Shown here: positions 1 to 14,440 of the stretch, piece by piece | Numbering within the stretch: position 1 is the stretch's first letter | Layout: each line of letters starts with the position of its first letter | Assembly (NCBI RefSeq): GCF_006345805.1 | Contig: NC_042999.1 | Coordinates: forward strand, 31,682,001-31,746,000 | DNA: 64,000 nt | Source of the DNA: Octopus sinensis | Taxonomy: Eukaryota | Reading direction: 5' to 3' | Made by a program: the position numbers and the translations under genes | The notes under the pieces: model-generated | The model's database searches: none | What the model was told of the DNA's origin: nothing | The model's input: the letters and a program-made list of their open reading frames with translations, nothing else

Positions 1-268
1 GAATTTGAACTCAGAACGTAAAGACAGACGAAATACCTATTTCTTTACTACCCACAAGGGGCTAACACAGAGGAGACAAACAAGGACAGACAGACGGATT
101 AAGTCGATTATATCGACTCCTGTGCGTAACTGGTACTTAATTCATCGACCCCGAAGGTATGAAAGGCAAATTCGACTTCGGCGGAATTTGAACTCAGAAC
201 GTAACGGCAGACGAAATACGACAACGCATTTCGCCCGGCGTACTAACGTTTCTGCCAGGACGCGCCCT
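1..268 (-). mobile_element. tRNA-derived SINE, family A (nested in or adjacent to another family A copy)
   Basis: Reverse complement of the repeat at 4170-4404 and 33561-33790; A-box-like TGGCAGAAACG, B-box GAGTTCAAATTCC, central (C)CTTTCATCCTTTCGGGGTCGAT-type domain. Confidence 0.85.
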
Positions 269-3200
269 TAAATTCGAAATATGTAATGACATGGGAAAAT
301 ATAAATTTGAATATGTAATAATCAATAGTGCAAGAGTGATGCATGCAATTTCTATGTAATTCTATAAAAATTCATGAAATAATGTAGAATAATATAAAAT
401 AATATAATGAACATTCATATAAATCATTTGGTGCTCGATAAAATCCCTCATGAAATAGAGGGAAAGAAATTCTTGAAATTAAACAAAACGTCCAAATTAC
501 CGGTTGGAAGGAAACAATTCATGTTCAGAATTACGAAAATTGTGAAAATACATCCAATATATTCGGCTACATACTCAATAATTCTTTTAACTATCTCAGT
601 CATATGAGAGTGGCCACGCTGGAGTACTAGCCTGAAGTACTTTGGTTCCAGGACTTAGCGCTAAAGCAAAGTATTTATTTTATCTAAACATTTGATGAAC
701 CGCTAGATTACGGGCACGTAAAAGCACCAACGATAATTATCAACCGGTAACAGGTTGATACAATGACACACACATAAATACACGCACACATATACATGAC
801 ACACACATAAATACACGCACACATATACATATACACATACACACACGCATATATAAATACACACATATATATAGATATATTCTACACATATGCTTAACTC
901 TAGTCTTCACCATGACCACCACAATTATCGCCAAATCACTTTTACCTGTATTATCATTGTCATTATCATAGGATGTGAGTTAACATCATATGAGTACGAC
1001 TACTTTAACGTTGCCACCTTCAATTCAGCGTCATTACTAGTCGTTATCATCAAGGGCACTTATGTTTATAAATGAAAAAAAATATTAATTACTATTGCTT
1101 ATTAAATACTAGTCACAACTGATGATTAAGTACTAGACACCACTGGCAATCAATTAATACTTAACACTGACAATTAAGGTGTAATACTTCAGGTATTAAG
1201 TAATAATTACCACTGTTATTTTATTTATAATTACCAATGTCATTTTATTTATAATTACCACTTTTAATTTATTACCTCTGGTAATTTGGAAATAATTAGC
1301 ACTTTCAATTAAATAATTTATATTTTTCAATGATGAAAAATCCATCACTAGTAATATTTCAAGTGGTACTGCCACGAAATGAGTTTTGTTGACTGTTTAT
1401 TTTCGCCATCTTTCGAAAATATTGACATTCAAAATGAGAAGCAGTAGTATATGTTTTTTTATTTCTAGAGGGAGAACCGAGAGAATCGATAGCTCTTTGG
1501 ATGAAATACTGCCAAGCATTTCATTTGTCATTACATTCTGAGTTCCAATTCCTCCGAAGTCGAATGAACATTTTATCAATTTCGTGTATCGACAAATTAA
1601 GTAACAATTAATCTCTGGAGTCTATAAAATCTCACTCACTCAAATTTCAGGCCTTGTTCCTATTGCAGAAAGGATTCATTTTGTTATGTCAACGAGCAAA
1701 AAATGGTGTCACTGAAAAGTAAGCGACTATCAAAAGTCTTGAATTGCATGGATTTGTAAAGTGAAACATATTCGAGGTCTGAAATATCAGTTGTTACAAT
1801 TTCAGATGGTATTATTTGACTTATTCTACATCGATTGCTATATTAAGAGTTAGTATAAGAGACCGGGTTGTTGATAAAAAATACAATGCAATTACGTAAG
1901 TGACCAGTTGACCGAATCATTAGGTGACTTCATACATTGAATATTTACTGTAATTTGCCGCAATATGTGAGTACAATAACACCATTTTCATTATTTCATG
2001 GTTTACAGACAATTTGTTTGATTTGTACGGGGAGTGATAAGTCTCGCTGTAGTTTTCTGAATGGAAAAGCTGTATTAAAATTTGGAGAGAAGTCCTACTA
2101 TATTTAACTTCCCAGGACATTTAATATGTCATGGCAACATACGAATTACTCCATCTCAAATTACGACCAGTTCAATTGCATTGATAGCATTACTTTGGAA
2201 ATCTAACCTGATAATGACAAAGTCCAGAACTAATAGGGCAAAAACCACTTATTATATCAAAGGGTTTATAATTTATAGAGTTGTTTTATCCTTCACCCTG
2301 TAAATTAATATATAAATGTTTTTCAGCTATGAGCATGCAATTAGACCTTAGGTAATAATTCATTGCACATAATTTATCACCAGCCTGTGATGGAGTTACA
2401 CCTCATGTAACTATATCAGCAGAAATATTAAGGAAGTTGTTCGATGGTTAACTACGTTCTGTAGACGTGGATGCATAACCCTGTCGAAAAAGAAGCTTCA
2501 GTACTGATCAAGCCATTCAGCTTCAACACAGCTCTGTACAAGCGTACACCTTTCAGCAGGTACTCCATACATTCATATGCTATTTCGGTTCAGGCAAGTT
2601 TGAATAAATAAAGCAGTCATCATTGTTTATCCAGGCATAACAATATTCTGAGCGACGAATGAGCACGCTTTTCGTAAAAAATGACATTTCAGCCATGACA
2701 ACCACCTCTTTTTCTTAATAGCTTCGTATATCTACAACTGCAAGATCCAATGTGCACTTATTTTTAAAGCAGTAGTTTCTAATCTGGAGAAGTTTTATTT
2801 CAGTTTATTCCAGAGTTGTGGCTAGGACAAATACCAGATCAAAAAATAAGAAATCTGTCTAATGCACAGAACTATATTTTCTGTGAAATTTATACAGAAT
2901 ATAAAAAAAAATTACCACTGGTAACCTTCTATTTTTCTATCCAATTGGGTTTTAACCCACTATGTACATCCTGATATTTAGTGCTTCATCTACTTCGAGT
3001 TCCATAGTTAAAAACGAATTATATGAAATAAAGTATTTTGTCACTGACAAATATAATTTTCCAAGCGTGTATTTAATTTTGTTTTATTATTCTAATGCCA
3101 ATTTAATGCTAACATAAAAATTGTCCAATATGTGGTTTAGGATATTTAGTCAGATGCACGCGTCTATGTGAAAGTTCAAACACTAACACATCAATATTAT

Positions 3201-3399
3201 TAATTCATTTGCGTCTCGACGGAAATACTCTTTATTCTAATGGCGCAAAAGTTCATGACTGACTCAAGGAAAATAGCAGAATAAAAGAAAAAATGATTTC
3301 ACAGGGAATTTAAGCGGCGGAATTAACAATATAAAATTTATTACACAGGGAAACCCTCTACATACCAGCACAGAAACACTTTCTGACAGATAACAACGG

Positions 3400-3404
3400 T
3401 TGTG

Positions 3405-3444
<40 letters not shown>

Positions 3445-3540
3445 CAGCAGAAGTAGCATCAGTAGTAGTAGTAGTAGTGATAATAATAGTAGTAGTAGTA
3501 GTAGTAGTAGTAGTAGCGACAGCAGCAGCAGTAGGATCAG

Positions 3541-3579
<39 letters not shown>

Positions 3580-3686
3580 CGACAGCAGCAGTAGTAGCAT
3601 CAGGAGTAGTAGTAGTAGTAGTAGTAGTAATACTAGTAGTTCTAGTAGTGGCAGCAGCAGCAGTAACATCAGTAGTAGTAGTAGTA

Positions 3687-3731
<45 letters not shown>

Positions 3732-4000
3732 ATGGTGGTAGCAGCAGCAGCAGAAGAAGAAGAAGAAGACGAAGGAGAAGAAGAAGAAGAAAAAGAAGAA
3801 GGAAAAAAGAAGAAAAAGAAAAAGGAAAAAAGAAGAAGAAGAAGAAGAAGAAGAGGAAAAAAAGAAGAAGAAGAAGAAGAAGAAGAAAAAAAAGAAGAAG
3901 AAGAAGAAGAAGAAGAAGAAGAAGAAGGGTTACGAGCATTTGCTGTAGTAGGAACAATAACAAAAGCAGCGGCAGCAGCAGCAGCAGCTACAACAGCAGC
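3400..4000. repeat. Compound trinucleotide microsatellite (GTA)n/(GCA)n/(GAA)n
   Basis: Directly visible; explains the poly-V/E/L pseudo-ORFs. Confidence 0.97.
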
Positions 4001-4169
4001 AACGTATCATAATGATATTTTTGATTTGCTGAAATGAATAACTTGTAACACATTACAAATGTCCAAGCAAACACTGCGACATGCGCGCGCATGCATTTTA
4101 TCATTCCTTTGTTTCTGTCATTAGACTAATATCATTCTGGCACGCCACCTTGTAGAAATTTAGCCGAAT

Positions 4170-4404
4170 AAGGTCGGCGAGCTGGCAGAATCGTTAGCAC
4201 GCCGAGCGAAATACGTAGCCGTATTTCGTCTGCCGTTACATTCTGAGTTCAAATTCCGCCGAGGTTGACTTTCCCTTTCATCCTTTCGGGGTCGATAAAT
4301 TAAGTACCAGTTACGCAATGGGGGTCGATGTAATCGACTTAATCCGTTTGTCTGTCCTTGTTTGTCCCCTCTATGTTTAGCCCCTTGTGGGTAGTAAAGA
4401 AATA
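4170..4404 (+). mobile_element. tRNA-derived SINE, family A, with 15-bp TSD, inserted into an older family B SINE
   Basis: A/B boxes; direct repeat AGAAATTTAGCCGAA at 4154-4168 and 4405-4419; flanks resemble a minus-strand family B SINE. Confidence 0.88.
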
Positions 4405-5047
4405 AGAAATTTAGCCGAACGAATTGATCCCAGTACCTATATTTTGTGAGCCTGGTGTTTATTTTTCGCCGAACCGATAAGTTATGAGGAAGCAAAGACA
4501 CCAATATCAATTGTTGAGCAGTGGAGGAGGGAAATTCAGGGAGTGGGGAACGCAGTAATACAAACGCACAATTACACACACACACACACACACACACACA
4601 TATGCCACAGACCCATTTTAGTTTCCGTCTAACAAATCAACTCAACATGCCTTAGTCGGCCCGCATCTATAGTAGAAGAGATTACGCAAGTTTCCTCGCA
4701 TAAAAATGTAACATTATGTATATGGGTATATAATTTGTGTATAAACACACACACACAAACATATATCTTCATAAATATATATAAATATATACATGCAGTC
4801 ACAAGATACAACTATATATATATATATATAGATAAGAAAGTTGGTTTGTGAAAGGACGTGGTTGAATATATAGAAAATAGTAAAAAGTGAAAAAACTACA
4901 GAAGGCTTGTTTTAAATGGTTAAAGAATATATATTTAAGTCAATATGTCTGAAGAATATTATAAATTTTTTTCGTACAATGACATAGTTTAGAAGAAAGA
5001 CCGGTTTCACGTTTAGATTTCAATGATTATCAATGATTATCAATAAG

Positions 5048-5118
<71 letters not shown>

Positions 5119-5754
5119 GGTTGTATCCTGTGTCTGTATATATATATAGTCTTAAATCATAAATTAATATAGGATAGCAGAAATTTAGAAATTCCGCTAC
5201 CAGTGGAAAACAGTCAATAGACAACATAATTTCTATATAAAATTAATCTACATTTAACACAAAAGAGGCGACACAGGCAGCCTTAAGTGCTAGAAGTAAC
5301 AGTCAAACCATCCAAAACCACATTTAAGAGCAATTTCCAAGGGAATAAAAAACAAACACTTTTACCTTATTTTTTACAGCCATACCCAGATTTCGAACTC
5401 TAATTAGCAAGTAAAATAATTTGCTAGGCGATATTCTCATCAGTGGCTACACCAAAACACTAACATATAATTTAGAGACAGAATAACACGTGCCTCATCA
5501 TTAAATATTGTTTAAATATTTCAAATTCCTCGCGCGTGGATATGAGCATAACAAGAAAAGGAGCATATTTCAACAATATAGGCGTAGGTGGGGCTGTGTG
5601 GTAAGTAGCTTGCTTACCAACCACATGGTTCCGGGTTCAGTCCAACTGCATGGAACCTTGGGCAAGTGTTTTCTACTATAGCCTCGAGCCGACTAAATCT
5701 AGGTGAGGAGTGGATTTGGTAGACGGAAACTGAAAGAAGCCCGACTTATAAATG

Positions 5755-6464
<710 letters not shown>

Positions 6465-6885
6465 ATGTGTGTGCATATGTTTGTGTGTCTGTGTTTGACA
6501 CCCCAATATCGCTTGATAACCGATGCTGGTGTGTTAACGTGCCCGTACTAGGCTTACAGAGAATAAGTCCTCGGGTCGATTTGCTCAACTAAAGGCAGTG
6601 CCTCAGCATGGCCACGGGCAAATAAGTGAAGCAAGTAAAAGAGTAAAGAGTAAAATATAGATCTTAACATGGGTTTTGTAGTATTATTCTACTGCAATCA
6701 ACGCATATGTACTCCTACTTCTATGCATGCATAGATGCACACAATTATGCGTACATTATGTGAACAATTATACGTACATAAATGCTTGTATACATATATA
6801 TATAAATGTATAATATTAAGGAGAGAAACAAATTTAAATGTGAACGTATATATTCATTCAATCCATAGTACAGAATGTTCATACA

Positions 6886-7400
6886 TACAGCCTTAGCCAA
6901 AAGTATTAGGTCACCCACAATGCTTTGGTGTTCTGCTATCTCAGTGTTAATGAAACTCGTGCACATGGTAGATTATAGTATATTTCACAATATACAAGAG
7001 TTTTAATATTTTTTTGGCCCTTTTAGCATTAATTACCGCTTTTATACGGTTAGGCTTTGAGCTAGCTAGATTCTGCTAGTGCTAGGAGCAATTTTACTCC
7101 ATTCTTCTTTCAACATTTGGTACAAATGCTATTTACTTTTAATTGTTGTATTCCTGATGGCTTCACCAAGAGTTCCCTATAGATTCCCGATCGGATTTAG
7201 ATCGGGATTTTGAGCTGGCCAGTCCATGGGAACAATACCCTGTGTCTCAAATCAGTGACGAGTATGACATGTATGACATAGAGCGTTGGTCTGTTGAGAG
7301 ATAACACTGTTTTTCGAAACTCCTGGATGAAATTTAGCACTTGATGACTCTAAAACTGCCGATAACATAGTAACATAGGTAGCTGAATTCATCCTTGTAC
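6886..7400 (-). mobile_element. Tc1-family DNA transposon 3' remnant
   Basis: Minus strand encodes DWPAQNPDLNPIGNL (Tc1 WPxQSPDLNPIENLW) and ...NRIKAVINAKKG; TIR-like TACAGCCTTAGCCAAAAGTATTAGGTCACC at the left end. Confidence 0.85.
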
Positions 7401-7489
7401 TGAGAAGCTGGGTAAAAACATAAAGAATAATATTAGCTTTATGCTGGATACATTTGTATGTTTTTTGGGCAATAAACCAATTACATTAA

Positions 7490-7673
7490 GTTTATACAGT
7501 TCTATATTTAAGAGATGAGGAATTACGTACATTATTTACATTTGGCGGATATTTGTCCTCATCTTGTTTGTTGTTAACACAACATTTCGGCTGATATACA
7601 CCCCAGCTTTCATCAGGTGTCTCGGGGAAATTTCGAAACTGGGTTCCCATTCCTAAGGTATTTATCGATGTTG

Positions 7674-7729
<56 letters not shown>

Positions 7730-7980
7730 GAACATGGAATCTTGTGGTTGGTAGCCCGCGCCATATGCTCGTAGGCAATTATGGAGTGAATGTTGATCAA
7801 TATCACCTCTTGTCAAAGATTTGCGATATTCCTCTACCCCTATTTTGACGGGGCGGCGTGTTTCGCCTTTGTATAACCTACCGCAGCTGCATCGGAGGGT
7901 GTACACGCAATGTTTGGCCATATTCTCTCCTAAAGGTGGTTTTACGCGAACTGAGATATTTGCGAAGTGTTGTATTACTT
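7490..7980 (-). mobile_element. Penelope-like retroelement 3' fragment (GIY-YIG endonuclease remnant plus pLTR with HHR)
   Basis: ORF 7613-7921 has CVYTLRCSCGRLYKGETRRPVKIGVEEYRK (PLE VYxIxCxCGxxYIGETxRxLxxRxxEH), followed by (AAT)n and a hammerhead. Confidence 0.85.
7577..7620 (-). ncRNA. Minimal type I hammerhead ribozyme motif
   Basis: Minus strand: ACAC-CTGATGA-A-AGCTG gggtgtatat CAGCC-GAAA-TG-TT-GTGT. Confidence 0.75.
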
Positions 7981-8061
7981 TTGAGTGCCTACCTTAAAGG
8001 AAATAGATCGATAGTAACATTTTCCTTTTATGGCAAACTATGCACCTAATTCAAGAAAATT

Positions 8062-8133
<72 letters not shown>

Positions 8134-8583
8134 ATATATATATATATTATATATATATTTGTATGTGTGTGCATATGTTTGTGTGTCTGTGTTTGACACC
8201 CCAATATCGCTTGATAACCGATGCTGGTGTGTTAACGTGCCCGTACTAGGCTTACAGAGAATAAGTCCTCGGGTCGATTTGCTCAACTAAAGGCAGTGCC
8301 TCAGCATGGCCACGGGCAAATAAGTGAAGCAAGTAAAAGAGTAAAGAGTAAAATATAGATCTTAACATGGGTTTTGTAGTATTATTCTACTGCAATCAAC
8401 GCATATGTACTCCTACTTCTATGCATGCATAGATGCACACAATTATGCGTACATTATGTGAACAATTATACGTACATAAATGCTTGTATACATATATATA
8501 TAAATGTATAATATTAAGGAGAGAAACAAATTTAAATGTGAACGTATATATTCATTCAATCCATAGTACAGAATGTTCATACA

Positions 8584-9100
8584 TACAGCCTTAGCCAAAA
8601 GTATTAGGTCACCCACAATGCTTTGGTGTTCTGCTATCTCAGTGTTAATGAAACTCGTGCACATGGTAGATTATAGTATATTTCACAATATACAAGAGTT
8701 TTAATATTTTTTTGGCCCTTTTTAGCATTAATTACCGCTTTTATACGGTTAGGCTTTGAGCTAGCTAGATTCTTGCTAGTGCTAGGAGCAATTTTACTCC
8801 ATTCTTCTTTCAACATTTGGTACAAATGCTATTTACTTTTAATTGTTGTATTCCTGATGGCTTCACCAAGAGTTCCCTATAGATTCCCGATCGGATTTAG
8901 ATCGGGATTTTGAGCTGGCCAGTCCATGGGAACAATACCCTGTGTCTCAAATCAGTGACGAGTATGACATGTATGACATAGAGCGTTGGTCTGTTGAGAG
9001 ATAACACTGTTTTTCGAAACTCCTGGATGAAATTTAGCACTTGATGACTCTAAAACTGCCGATAACATAGTAACATAGGTAGCTGAATTCATCCTTGTAC
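8584..9100 (-). mobile_element. Tc1 remnant (second copy in the duplication)
   Basis: ORF 8634-8825 EEWSKIAPS...NRIKAVINAKKG; duplicate of 6886-7400. Confidence 0.85.
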
Positions 9101-9189
9101 TGAGAAGCTGGGTAAAAACATAAAGAATAATATTAGCTTTATGCTGGATACATTTGTATGTTTTTTGGGCAATAAACCAATTACATTAA

Positions 9190-9373
9190 GTTTATACAGT
9201 TCTATATTTAAGAGATGAGGAATTACGTACATTATTTACATTTGGCGGATATTTGTCCTCATCTTGTTTGTTGTTAACACAACATTTCGGCTGATATACA
9301 CCCCAGCTTTCATCAGGTGTCTCGGGGAAATTTCGAAACTGGGTTCCCATTCCTAAGGTATTTATCGATGTTG

Positions 9374-9420
<47 letters not shown>

Positions 9421-9680
9421 TTATTATTGAACATGGAATCTTGTGGTTGGTAGCCCGCGCCATATGCTCGTAGGCAATTATGGAGTGAATGTTGATCAAT
9501 ATCACCTCTTGTCAAAGATTTGCGATATTCCTCTACCCCTATTTTGACGGGGCGGCGTGTTTCGCCTTTGTATAACCTACCGCAGCTGCATCGGAGGGTG
9601 TACACGCAATGTTTGGCCATATTCTCTCCTAAAGGTGGTTTTACGCGAACTGAGATATTTGCGAAGTGTTGTATACTTTT
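9190..9680 (-). mobile_element. Penelope-like 3' fragment (second copy; HHR at 9277-9320)
   Basis: Duplicate of 7490-7980; GIY-YIG remnant in ORF 9192-9620. Confidence 0.85.
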
Positions 9681-9765
9681 GAGTGCCTACCTTAAAGGAA
9701 ATAGATCGATAGTAACATTTTCCTTTTATGGCAAACTATGCACCTAATTCAAGAAAATTATACAT

Positions 9766-9816
<51 letters not shown>

Positions 9817-9841
9817 TATTATGCTTGCATCTATGTATACA

Positions 9842-9895
<54 letters not shown>

Positions 9896-9949
9896 TGTAT
9901 ACATAGATACAAGCATACACACACACGGAGGTATATGATTATTTGCGTG

Positions 9950-9997
<48 letters not shown>

Positions 9998-10732
9998 TAA
10001 CTGACTGTGTGAATATCTTTTTCAGAGATTATCCATTAATAGTCTTATTTGCAGAATTACATTAAGCGCTACCTCAGTGTATTTTTAGTGCAATTCTTTG
10101 AAATCGTCCTATTATTTGTTCCTCTGATGTCTTTATTCACCTTCATCTGTCAATTCTTGGCTAATTTCCATTTGCTAGCTACAGCCCTCTCTATTTCTCT
10201 CCTTCAACCGCTATTTTTAAAATGCTTTATTCATTATCGTAACTTAAATTCGTCTTAATATTTCATTCCTAATCCTGTTCTTTGTATTTTTGTGACTGTT
10301 TGTTAATCCTTACTTCACTGCTAAGAAGATTTAAGTGATATTCTGTTGCCAAATCCTAAAGAGAATCCGATGATGAGAGACAGAAACAAAGATAGAAAAA
10401 TACGAAGAGGAAGACGTTGCTATGCAATCTTCTAACTGGGATACAAGCCATATGTACTAATCCAGGGTGTCAAACTTTCCTATGTAAATCAATCAGTTAC
10501 TTATTTTAATGAAACTACCAATCTCACTGGATTAAACATACAGAGACGAAAGTATATTTGAAAATTAATATCGAGTGTTTGGAATTCATATTTTTAATTT
10601 TTGCCAAAATTTGATAACAAAATTTTAGATATTAGTTTGAGCGAGTCGTATTGCAATAATAGTATATAAGTATAATAGTATAGTAGATCATTGTTCGCAT
10701 GGAATAATGATGTCATCAAAAAATATATATAT

Positions 10733-11127
10733 TGGCTGTGTGGTAAGTAGCTTGCTAACCAACCACATGGTTCTGGGTTCAGTCCCACTGCGTGGCATCT
10801 TGGGCAAGTGTCTTCTGCTATAGCCCCGGACCGACCAATGCCTTGTGAGTGGATTTGGTAGACGGAAACTGAAAGAAGCCTGTCGTATATATCTATGTAT
10901 ATATAAGTGTGTGCGTGTCTGTGTGTCTGTGTTTGTCCCCCTAGCATTGCTTGACAACCGATGCTGGTGTGTTTACGTCCCCGTCACTTAGCGGTTCGGC
11001 AAAATAGTCCGATAGAATAAGTACTGGGCTTACAAAGAATAAGTCCCGGGGTCGATTTGCTCGACTAAAGGCGGTGCTCCAGCATGGCCGCAGTCAAATG
11101 ACTGAAACAAGTAAAAGAGTAAAAGAA
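10733..11127 (+). mobile_element. tRNA/CORE-like SINE, family B, near full length
   Basis: A-box TGGCTGTGTGG, B-box GGGTTCAGTCC, TCTTGGGCAAGTG, internal TA/TG tract, GTAAAAGA tail. Confidence 0.9.
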
Positions 11128-11638
11128 ATATATATGCACACAAAGAATACATACACATAAGCACACACATGCACACACAATTCTAATATGGTCCATATTG
11201 AAGATATTTACGCATGTTCAAAAGAAGACTAAGTACCCTACTCTCTCTCTTTCAATCACTTTTCAATCTCTGAGTCGTGTTCAGGTTGTTACAAATGCGA
11301 TTATTGATGGTGGTAGTAAAGTAAAACCCTATTGAATACATTCACACATATGAAAACAAAAGAATGACGAACCTTTTTTTTTATATAACCATACATCAAT
11401 CTATATAGGAATGCATATGCATGTACGTGTGTGTGTATACAAAGATTTCAGGACAATGAGGATGAGCTAGATTAAGAAAAGTGTAAATCGAGTGAAGAAC
11501 AAATATAGAGTGCGTGTGATTATTTGGCAAAAAAAAAAAGTAGTAATAATATTAATGATAACGACCATTCCGAAATACAACAATATCTGTTTCAACACAC
11601 GATTTCACATCAGGAATCTAGCAACACAAATACACATA

Positions 11639-11704
<66 letters not shown>

Positions 11705-11748
11705 GTGTGTGTGTGTGTGTTGTACGTGTTTATGTATATATATACGTA

Positions 11749-11802
<54 letters not shown>

Positions 11803-11817
11803 CATTTATGTATATAT

Positions 11818-11879
<62 letters not shown>

Positions 11880-11884
11880 GTATG

Positions 11885-12165
11885 TATAATACAAAAAGGG
11901 ACAAAAAGGCAAAACATCTAGAGAGCTAGGTGATACAAAAATGACTAGAAAATACCCAGACAGACGATACACGGAAAACAAGAACGTGTCATTCGGAGTG
12001 TCCTATCCTCAGTCGAGTTCCAGATTATCATTGCAATTTCGGTTGGTTGTACTCGAGATTGCTCCAATCTGACCAGCCTCAAGGAAAATAAGCTAAGAGC
12101 ATTAGAATCCTTGGAAGAAAGCAGTGAATATATACGAAAGCAAGGACAAAAACCCAGAAATGTTG
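11885..12165. repeat. Unclassified complex element embedded between microsatellites
   Basis: ~280 bp complex sequence flanked by (TA)n/(TATG)n and (CA)n, same context as the PLE-like inserts. Confidence 0.4.
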
Positions 12166-12296
12166 CACACACAGACACAGACACACAAACACACGCACAC
12201 AAACACACACATACATACACACATATATATGTATGTATGCATACACATATATACATGTTTATACATTTAGCATATATAAGTTTCTGCATATACATG

Positions 12297-12347
<51 letters not shown>

Positions 12348-12849
12348 GTATGTATAATATACCTTATACGAATATACACTTATATCACCATATATTTATT
12401 AGACTGGACATAATGGCAGCTTTCAAAGAGCGCTCTTTTCTATACTTTCTTGATTCAATAATGGATGCAATGAACCAATGATACTTATCATATTTGCATT
12501 GCTGAGCACTTGTATGTGAATAAACGAATTCTTGAACGACACATTTTTATCTGGATAGAGAAACATTGTAGTAACTTGGCAAACTATGGAACTGCTGCTT
12601 CGGTAACCTATCGTGAGATGTTCACGAGTGAATCATCAGTTGCTAGGGGATAAATGACGGAAGCATAAGCTTTATGAAACGTATAACAAATAGGAATTTT
12701 ATAATACATTATTGAAGAATAATTTAGGATGAGATTTTGTGCCATTGCGTTGTTTAGCAGTCATGCCACTTCCTTGACTCCCAATGACAGGATTTCTACA
12801 CCTTCAAATGCAATATGGAATGTGAGATGATTCAGTTGAATATGTCAGA

Positions 12850-13262
12850 TAGGCGCAGGTGTGGCTGTGTGGTAAGTAGCTTGCTTACCAACCACATGGT
12901 TCCGGGTTCAGTCTCACTGCGTGGCATCTTGGGCAAGTGTCTTCTACTATAGCCTCGGGCCGACGAAAATTTTGTGAGTGGATTTGGTAGACGGAAACTG
13001 AAAGATACCCGTCGTATATATTTATATATATATGTCTGTGTCTGTGTGTGTCTGTATGTGTGTTTGTATGTCTGTGTTTGTCCCCCAACATCGCTTGACA
13101 ACCGATGCTGGTGTGTTTTCGTCCTCATAACTAAGCGGTTCGGTAAAAGAGACCAAAAGAATAAGTACTAGGCTTTCAAAGAATAAGTCCTGGTGTCGAT
13201 TTCTTCGACTAAAGGCGGTGCTCCAGCATGGCCGCAGTCAAATGACTGAAACAAGTAAAAGA
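12850..13262 (+). mobile_element. tRNA/CORE-like SINE, family B, full length
   Basis: Same architecture as 10733 and 29830. Confidence 0.9.
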
Positions 13263-14074
13263 ATTCGAAATATTTATCATACAATCCATCTTTATTGATA
13301 TAACCTTGTGTATTTTAGGAGAGAATGTCACAAACAAACATATTCTTATTTAATAGTTATTAAAAGTAAAGTACACCGAGAAGAATCAGGAAAAAAGCCG
13401 ACGTTTGCCAAAAATTTAGCAAATTCACAAACCCGATATTATTTTCCTTGGACAAGCTTTGAAACTTAGAAATATTCAGAAATGATTATCAAAACAAATT
13501 CTTCATCTTAGATGTAGAATCTCCGGTTCCAGCAAACAGTAACCAAATCATTCTCTTATAAAAGTCTATCCTGTACAATACAAACAAGTCTGTGCATGTT
13601 AGACAAAATTGATATGGATATAAAGTCGAACAGAACGTACACACCAAGTAAATATTTGTGCTAAACGTCTCTTTGAGTACAAATAAGTGCCGAGCAAGGT
13701 CAGAACAAAAAAAACAAAACAGGGACATGTGATTGAGATGATATTGCACAATGACACAAGAGTAGACATGGTAGCGACCGCAGTAAAGTTTGTTCGAATA
13801 TAATATGTACATTTAAGTGGGGTTAAATATTACCCGTCGGAGTCTTTACTGCCATTGTCGCTAATGTATGTATTTAAAAGCAACAACTGTCACAACAGCA
13901 CTACCTCTACCACTAACATAAACAGCACCAAAAGCTGTACATTAAAACACATGAACAATGATTAGTATCTATAATTTAGATACAATGTGAACGATGTGGC
14001 TGCACTTATATACATACATACATACATACAACCACGCCTGAAACTGCATATACATAACGTGTGTGTGCGTGTAG

Positions 14075-14264
14075 GTGCAGGCGTAGCTCTGTGAATAGGC
14101 GCAGACCTGGCTGTGTCGTAAGAAGCTTCCATTCCAAGTACGTGTCTAGGCTAATTCTGGTTACGGGGCAACTTGCGCAGGTATCTTCTACTATAGTTCC
14201 AGGACAACAAAAAGCCTTGTGAGTGAATTTATTAGGCGGGAACTGAAAAAAAACTCTCGATATA

Positions 14265-14343
<79 letters not shown>

Positions 14344-14440
14344 ATCTAAGTATCTAAGTGTATGTGTCTTTGTGTCTCTGCTTATCTCTCCTCAATACTT
14401 GACAACAGGTGTTGGTTTTTTAAATTTCCCGTACGCTCGC
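14075..14440 (+). mobile_element. Degenerate family B SINE
   Basis: GGCGCAGACCTGGCTGTGTCGTAAGAAGCTT...GTATCTTCTACTATAG...AACTGAAA, (TA)n, partial tail. Confidence 0.65.

Noticed and set aside
3358-4037. 200-aa ORFs on both strands
   Set aside because: Translations of a trinucleotide microsatellite; the same applies to all YI/IY, HT/CV and poly-N/I/L ORFs.
4995-5040. Minus-strand TTGATAA...GAAACCGGTC hammerhead-like remnant between TA tracts
   Set aside because: Core has two substitutions and stems I and II do not pair convincingly.
12850-12925. tRNA-like A/B boxes in SINE heads
   Set aside because: No complete cloverleaf; these are SINE Pol III promoters, not tRNA genes.
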